IMG/VR virus record: IMGVR_UViG_2531839662_000023
Strand: one strand, 5' to 3'
Length of the DNA: 26,750 bases
DNA from: a virus
Taxonomy: Duplodnaviria > Heunggongvirae > Uroviricota > Caudoviricetes
Shown here: piece by piece, positions 18,521-26,750 of the stretch
Layout: each line of letters begins with the position of its first letter
Position numbering within the stretch: the stretch's first letter is position 1
Notes under the pieces: model-generated
Databases searched by the model: none
What the model was told of the DNA's origin: nothing
What the model saw: the letters and a program-made list of their open reading frames with translations, nothing else
Position numbers and translations under genes: made by a program

Positions 18521-18632
18521 GAGTCTCGATATTAGCTGATAACCCAATACCTGAGTTATTCACTGACTCCGAGTCTGTTACGTTTCGTAGTATTCCCTCA
18601 ATTTACACCCGCTTTGTCTGCGAGGTGGGGTT

Positions 18633-18848
18633 ATGAAATCCATGGATAAGTTAACAACGGGTGTCGCCTATGGCACCTCAGCAGGTAGTGCCGGGTACTG
18701 GTTTTTACAGCTGCTAGATAAAGTCACTCCCTCACAGTGGGCAGCAATAGGTGTGCTGGGTAGCCTGGTATTTGGCCTGCTGACGTACCTGACAAACCTT
18801 TATTTCAAGATTAAAGAAGATAAGCGCAAGGCTGCGAGAGGTGAATAA
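18633..18848 (+). CDS. essD: Holin (phage 21 S-like pinholin)
   Basis: 71 aa with two TM segments and a charged C-terminus ([13 protein letters not shown]). GGTGGGG RBS. Confidence 0.85.
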
Positions 18849-19345
18849 TGCCTCCATCATTACGAAAAGCCGTTGCTGCTGCTATTGGTGGCGGAGCAAT
18901 TGCTATAGCATCAGTGTTAATCACTGGCCCAAGTGGTAACGATGGTCTGGAAGGTGTCAGCTACATACCATACAAAGATATTGTTGGTGTATGGACTGTA
19001 TGTCACGGACACACCGGAAAAGACATCATGCTCGGTAAAACGTATACCAAAGCAGAATGCAAAGCACTCTTGAATAAAGACCTTGCCACTGTCGCCAGAC
19101 AAATTAACCCGTATATCAAAGTCGATATACCGGAAACAACGCGCGGCGCTCTTTACTCATTCGTTTACAACGTGGGTGCTGGCAATTTTAGAACATCGAC
19201 GCTTCTTCGCAAAATAAACCAGGGCGATATCAAAGGCGCATGTGATCAGCTGCGTCGCTGGACATACGCTGGCGGTAAGCAATGGAAAGGCCTGATGACT
19301 CGTCGTGAGATTGAGCGTGAAGTCTGTTTGTGGGGGCAACAGTGA
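18848..19345 (+). CDS. rrrD: Endolysin (lysozyme, SAR-type N-terminus)
   Basis: 165 aa. Hydrophobic N-terminal signal-anchor ([18 protein letters not shown]) and T4-lysozyme-like catalytic region (EG...[16 protein letters not shown]). Confidence 0.85.
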
Positions 19346-19803
19346 GCAGAGTAACCGCGATTATATCCGCTCTGATTATCTGCATCATCGTCAGCCTGTC
19401 ATGGGCGGTCAATCATTACCGTGATAACGCAATCGCCTACAAAGTCCAGCGCGACAAAAATGCCAGAGAACTGAAGCTAGCGAACGCGGCAATTACTGAC
19501 ATGCAGATGCGTCAGCGTGATGTTGCTGCGCTCGATGCAAAATACACGAAGGAGTTAGCTGATGCGAAAGCTGAAAATGATGCTCTGCGTGATGATGTTG
19601 CCGCTGGTCGTCGTCGGTTGCACATCAAAGCAGTCTGTCAGTCAGTGCGTGAAGCCACCACGGCCTCCGGCGTGGATAATGCAGCCTCCCCCCGACTGGC
19701 AGACACCGCTGAACGGGATTATTTCACCCTCAGAGAGAGGCTGATCACTATGCAAAAACAACTGGAAGGAACCCAGAAGTATATTAATGAGCAGTGCAGA
19801 TAG
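19342..19803 (+). CDS. rzpD: Inner-membrane spanin Rz
   Basis: 153 aa from the GTG at 19342 ([23 protein letters not shown]...) with N-terminal TM and coiled coil. Overlaps the rrrD stop. Confidence 0.8.
19562..19744 (+). CDS. rzoD: Outer-membrane lipoprotein spanin Rz1, embedded in Rz
   Basis: 60 aa in the +1 frame inside rzpD, with lipobox LVVVG-C and a Pro-rich mature region ([18 protein letters not shown]). Confidence 0.7.
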   Translation: MRKLKMMLCVMMLPLVVVGCTSKQSVSQCVKPPRPPAWIMQPPPDWQTPLNGIISPSERG

Positions 19804-19834
19804 AGCTGACCATATCGATGGGCAACTCATGCAA

Positions 19835-20128
19835 TTATTTTGAGCAATACACACGCGCTTCCAGCGGAGTATAAATGCCTAAAGTAATAAAACCGAGCAA
19901 TCCATTTACGAATGTTTGCTGGGTTTCTGTTTTAACAACATTTTCTGCGCCGCCACAAATTTTAGCTGCATCGACAGTTTTCTTCTGCCCAATTCCAGAA
20001 ACGAAGAAATGATGGGTGATGGTTTCCTTTGGTGCTACTGCTGTCTGTTTGTTTTGAACAGTAAATGTCTGTTGAGCACATCCTGTAATAAGCAGGGCCA
20101 GCGCAGTAGCGAGTAGCATTTTTTTCAT
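19835..20128 (-). CDS. borD: Bor-family outer-membrane lipoprotein
   Basis: 97 aa with lipobox LLITG-C, recalled as Bor/Iss family. Confidence 0.85.
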   Translation of the reverse strand: MKKMLLATALALLITGCAQQTFTVQNKQTAVAPKETITHHFFVSGIGQKKTVDAAKICGGAENVVKTETQQTFVNGLLGFITLGIYTPLEARVYCSK

Positions 20129-20418
20129 GGTGTTATTCCCGATGCTTTTTGAAGTTCGCAGAATCGTATGTGTAGAAAATTAAACAAACCCTAAACAATG
20201 AGTTGAAATTTCATATTGTTAATATTTATTAATGTATGCCAGGTGCGATGAATCGTCATTGTATTCCCGGATTAACTATGTCCACAGCCCTGACGGGGAA
20301 CTTCTCTGCGGGAGTGTCCGGGAATAATTAAAAACGATGCACACAGGGTTTAGCGCGTACATGTATTGTATTATGCCAACACCCCGGTGCTGACACGGAA
20401 GAAACCGGACGTTATGAT

Positions 20419-20829
20419 TTAGCGTGGAAAGATTTGTGTAGTGTTCTGAATGCTCTCAGTAAATAGTAATGAATTATCAAAGGTATAGTAATATCTTTTA
20501 TGTTCGTGGATATTTGTAATCCATCGGAAAACTCCTGCTTTAGCAAGATTTTCCCTGTATTGCTGAAATGTGATTTCTCTTGATTTCAACCTATCATAGG
20601 ACGTTTCTATAAGATGCGTATTTCTTGAGAATTTAACATTTACAACCTTTTTAAGTCCTTTTATTAACACGGTGTTATCGTTTTCTAACACAATGTGAAT
20701 ATTATCTGTGGCTAGATAGTAAATATAATGTGAGACATTGTGACGTTTTAGTTCAGAATAAAACAATTCACAGTTTAAATCTTTTCGCACTTGATCGAAT
20801 ATTTCTTTAAAAATGGCAACCTGAGCCAT
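20419..20829 (-). CDS. ybcV: DUF1398-family prophage protein YbcV
   Basis: 136 aa from the internal Met ([18 protein letters not shown]...). The track ORF extends 41 aa upstream, so the true start is uncertain. Confidence 0.65.
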   Translation of the reverse strand: MAQVAIFKEIFDQVRKDLNCELFYSELKRHNVSHYIYYLATDNIHIVLENDNTVLIKGLKKVVNVKFSRNTHLIETSYDRLKSREITFQQYRENLAKAGVFRWITNIHEHKRYYYTFDNSLLFTESIQNTTQIFPR

Positions 20830-21114
20830 TGGTAAAACCTTCCATGTGATACGAGGGCGCGTAGTTTGCATTATCGTTTTTATCGCTTCAATCTGGTCTG
20901 ACCTCTTTGTGTTTTGTTGATGATTTATGTCAAATATTAGGAATGTTTTCAATTAATAGTATTGGTTGCGTAACAAAGTGCGGTCCTGCTGGCATTCTGG
21001 AGGGAAATACAACCGACAGATGTATGTAAGGCCAACGTGCTCAAACCTTCATACAGAAAGATTTGAAGTAATATTTTAACCGCTAGATGAAGAGCAAGCG
21101 CATGGAGCGACAAA

Positions 21115-21321
21115 ATGAATAAAGAACAATCTGCTGATGATCCCTCCGTGGATCTGATTCGTGTAAAAAATATGCTTAATAGCACCATTTCTATGAGTTA
21201 CCCTGATGTTGTAATTGCATGTATAGAACATAAGGTGTCTCTGGAAGCATTCAGGGCAATTGAGGCAGCGTTGGTGAAGCACGATAATAATATGAAGGAT
21301 TATTCCCTGGTGGTTGACTGA
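21115..21321 (+). CDS. ybcW: Small prophage protein YbcW
   Basis: 68-aa ORF at the position corresponding to the lambda right-end small ORFs. Confidence 0.55.
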
Positions 21322-21485
21322 TCACCATAACTGCTAATCATTCAAACTACTTAACCTGTGACAGAGCCAACACGCAGTCTGTCACTGTCAGGAAAGTGGT
21401 AAAACTGCAACTCAATTACTGCAATGCCCTCGTAATTAAGTGAATTTACAATATCGTCCTGTTCGGAGGGAAGAACGCGGGATGT

Positions 21486-21680
21486 TCATTCTTCATCACT
21501 TTTAATTGATGTATATGCTCTCTTTTCTGACGTTAGCCTCCGACGGCAGGCTTCAATGACCCAGGCTGAGAAATTCCCGGACCCTTTTTGCTCAAGAGCG
21601 ATGTTAATTTGTTCAATCATTTGGTTAGGAAAGCGGATGTTGCGGGTTGTTGTTCTGCGGGTTCTGTTCTTAGTTGACAT
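21486..21680 (-). CDS. ylcI: Small basic protein YlcI (DUF3950-like)
   Basis: 64 aa with an Arg-rich N-terminus (STKNRTRRTTTRNIRFPNQ). Confidence 0.55.
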   Translation of the reverse strand: MSTKNRTRRTTTRNIRFPNQMIEQINIALEQKGSGNFSAWVIEACRRRLTSEKRAYTSIKSDEE

Positions 21681-21849
21681 GAGGTTGCCCCGTATTCAGT
21701 GTCGCTGATTTGTATTGTCTGAAGTTGTTTTTACGTTAAGTTGATGCAGATCAATTAATACGATACCTGCGTCATAATTGATTATTTGACGTGGTTTGAT
21801 GGCGTAGATGCACGTTGTGACATGTAGATGATAATTATTATCATTTTGT

Positions 21850-22068
21850 GGGTCCTTTCCGGCGATCCGACAGGTTACGGGGCGGCGACCTCGCGGGTTT
21901 TCGCTATTTATGAAAATTTTCCGGTTTAAGGCGTTTCCGTTCTTCTTCGTCATAACTTAATGTTTTTATTTAAAATACCCTCTGAAAAGAAAGGAAACGA
22001 CAGGTGCTGAAAGCGAGCTTTTTGGCCTCTGTCGTTTCCTTTCTCTGTTTTTGTCCGTGGAATGAACA
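21850..22068 (+). other. cos site (cosQ-cosN-cosB), lambda type
   Basis: Near-identical by recall to the lambda genome termini. cosN 12-nt cohesive-end sequence GGGCGGCGACCT at 21880-21891, followed by CGCGGGTTTTCGCTATTTATGAAAATTTTCCGG... up to the Nu1 start. Confidence 0.75.
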
Positions 22069-25093
<3,025 letters not shown>

Positions 25094-25193
25094 ATTTTAG
25101 CCCCATCATCTGTGTTTTTTTTCATTAATTTCACCATGTTATAGTTTTATTTGTGAATTAAATCAATTATGGCAATGAATTACAAGGGGTTAA

Positions 25194-25379
25194 ATGCTGC
25201 CGCAGCATAGCGATATTGAAATAGCCTGGTATGCTTCAATACAGCAGGAGCCGAATAGCTGGAAGACCGTCACCACACAGTTCTACATCCAGGAATTCAG
25301 TGAGTATATTGCGCCACTGCAGGATGCTGTAGATCTGGAAATCGCAACGGAGAAAGAAAGATCGTTGCTGGAAGCCTGA
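25194..25379 (+). pseudogene. tfaX: Tail fiber assembly protein (Tfa) fragment with frameshift
   Basis: C-terminal Tfa motif YIAPLQDAVDLEIATEKERSLLEA. Homology continues after the stop in another frame (KKYRVLLNRVDTSVAPDIEW, to about 25450). Confidence 0.6.
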
Positions 25380-26000
25380 AAAAAGTATCGGGTGCTGCTA
25401 AACCGTGTGGACACTTCCGTAGCACCAGATATCGAGTGGCTTATTCAACCATAATAAACAGTATGTATATCATAGGTTATTAATTGTGAGTTTTTTCGGT
25501 GTGTTATTTGTTTGTTTGATGTTATGCTTTTGCGCCCCAAAAGGTTGTTTAGATGTATTTTATCAATTGATTTTCAATATCGTTTAATAAAGAAAAATTA
25601 AGCAAGCTGGATGTTGGTTTTTTGTTAATTGAATGGTTCTAATAATGTTTTTTTACTGTTGTTGAATGTGACTTGATAAGAAATGCAAGTAAAAATGATA
25701 CTCTTTTTATTTTAAATTCAAACGGTTGACATATATATAGCAAGAGGTTTCAGGTGCGTTGTAGTGAGTTTATGTTAATAAAAAGTATAGTAAGCGTTGA
25801 AAAATGTAACTTTGAAATACGTTAGAATAAAAAACAATATACATATAATAATTTAATCTTAAATGAAATTTATTAAAATTTGCAAAAATATAATTTTGTG
25901 TATAAAAATATAAATGCACATCATCCTGATTATGATTGTGTATTTAATTGGTTGTTATTTGACTGCTATCAACTTGTTTTAATTTTATGATAGGTGCAAG

Positions 26001-26750
26001 ATGGATTATGTTTGCTCCGTAGTTTTCATCTGTCAATCATTTGATTTAATTATAAACAGGAGAGTTATCTCGTTCAAAAAAAATTCATTGTTTATTGTAA
26101 GCGACAAAATTAGAAGGGAGTTACCAGTATGCCCCTCTAAACTAAGAATTGTTGATATAGATAAGAAAACATGTTTATCCTTTTTTATCGACGTGAATAA
26201 TGAGCTGCCTGGCAAATTTACTCTTGATAAGAATGGCTATATTGCTGAAGGGGAACCTCCATTATCGCTTGTTTTTTCTCTGTTTGAAGGGATTAAAATA
26301 GCAGACTCACACTCCCTTTGGTTAAAAGAAAGACTATGTATATCCTTACTTGCCATGTTCAAAAAACGCGAAAGTGTAAATTCTTTTATACTAACAAATA
26401 TAAATACATTTACCTGTAAAATTACTGGAATAATCAGTTTTAATATTGAGCGGCAATGGCATTTAAAAGATATTGCGGAATTGATTTATACGAGTGAAAG
26501 TTTAATAAAAAAAAGATTAAGGGATGAAGGAACATCATTTACTGAAATATTGAGAGATACTAGGATGAGGTATGCAAAAAAACTCATAACTTCAAACTCT
26601 TATTCTATCAATGTCGTAGCCCAGAAATGTGGCTATAACAGTACTTCATATTTCATATGTGCATTTAAAGATTATTATGGTGTCACGCCATCTCATTATT
26701 TTGAGAAAATAATCGGCGTCACAGATGGAATAAACAAAACAATTGACTGA
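26001..26750 (+). CDS. appY: AraC-family transcriptional activator AppY
   Basis: 249 aa ([21 protein letters not shown]...) with a C-terminal AraC HTH ([24 protein letters not shown]), recalled as AppY. Stop is at the window end. Confidence 0.85.
   Translation: MDYVCSVVFICQSFDLIINRRVISFKKNSLFIVSDKIRRELPVCPSKLRIVDIDKKTCLSFFIDVNNELPGKFTLDKNGYIAEGEPPLSLVFSLFEGIKIADSHSLWLKERLCISLLAMFKKRESVNSFILTNINTFTCKITGIISFNIERQWHLKDIAELIYTSESLIKKRLRDEGTSFTEILRDTRMRYAKKLITSNSYSINVVAQKCGYNSTSYFICAFKDYYGVTPSHYFEKIIGVTDGINKTID

Noticed and set aside
20949-21282. Minus-strand ORFs of 79 and 68 aa
   Set aside because: They overlap each other and ybcW in a region with no RBS support.
21696-21953. 85-aa minus-strand ORF
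   Set aside because: Overlaps the cosQ/cosN region, which matches the lambda termini. No RBS, so it is treated as non-coding.

Overview
This window is a defective lambdoid prophage of Escherichia coli, DLP12-like, laid out in classical prophage order and ending at the appY regulator. All calls are by recall of known protein and DNA sequences; no database search was run.

Modules from left to right:
- Integration and recombination: integrase, excisionase-like ORF, an IS629-like insertion, lambda-type exo, and an in-frame gam'-'bet fusion.
- Immunity and replication: a candidate pL/oL region, a BamE-like lipoprotein in the 'rex slot', CI-type repressor, palindromic OR operator, Cro-like and YdaT-like genes, O with internal iterons, P and ren.
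- AT-rich cargo island: emrE, an IS2-disrupted serine recombinase (ybcK), ybcL and ybcM.
- nin region and late control: ylcH, ybcN, ninE, ybcO, rusA, ylcG, quuD.
- Q-to-lysis cargo: an intact general porin (nmpC-like) on the opposite strand.
- Lysis and right end: essD, rrrD, rzpD with embedded rzoD, borD, ybcV, ybcW, ylcI.
- Packaging remnant: a lambda-identical cos site, then a nohD'-'tail-protein-I chimera, a J fragment, a tfa fragment and appY.

The prophage is structurally dead (no terminase large subunit, head or tail genes) but keeps immunity, replication, late control, lysis and cos. Nothing here can be shown from sequence alone to be a new system. The best candidates for uncharacterised biology are the lipoprotein plus small ORF between cI and the early-left genes, and the recombinase-associated cargo island.
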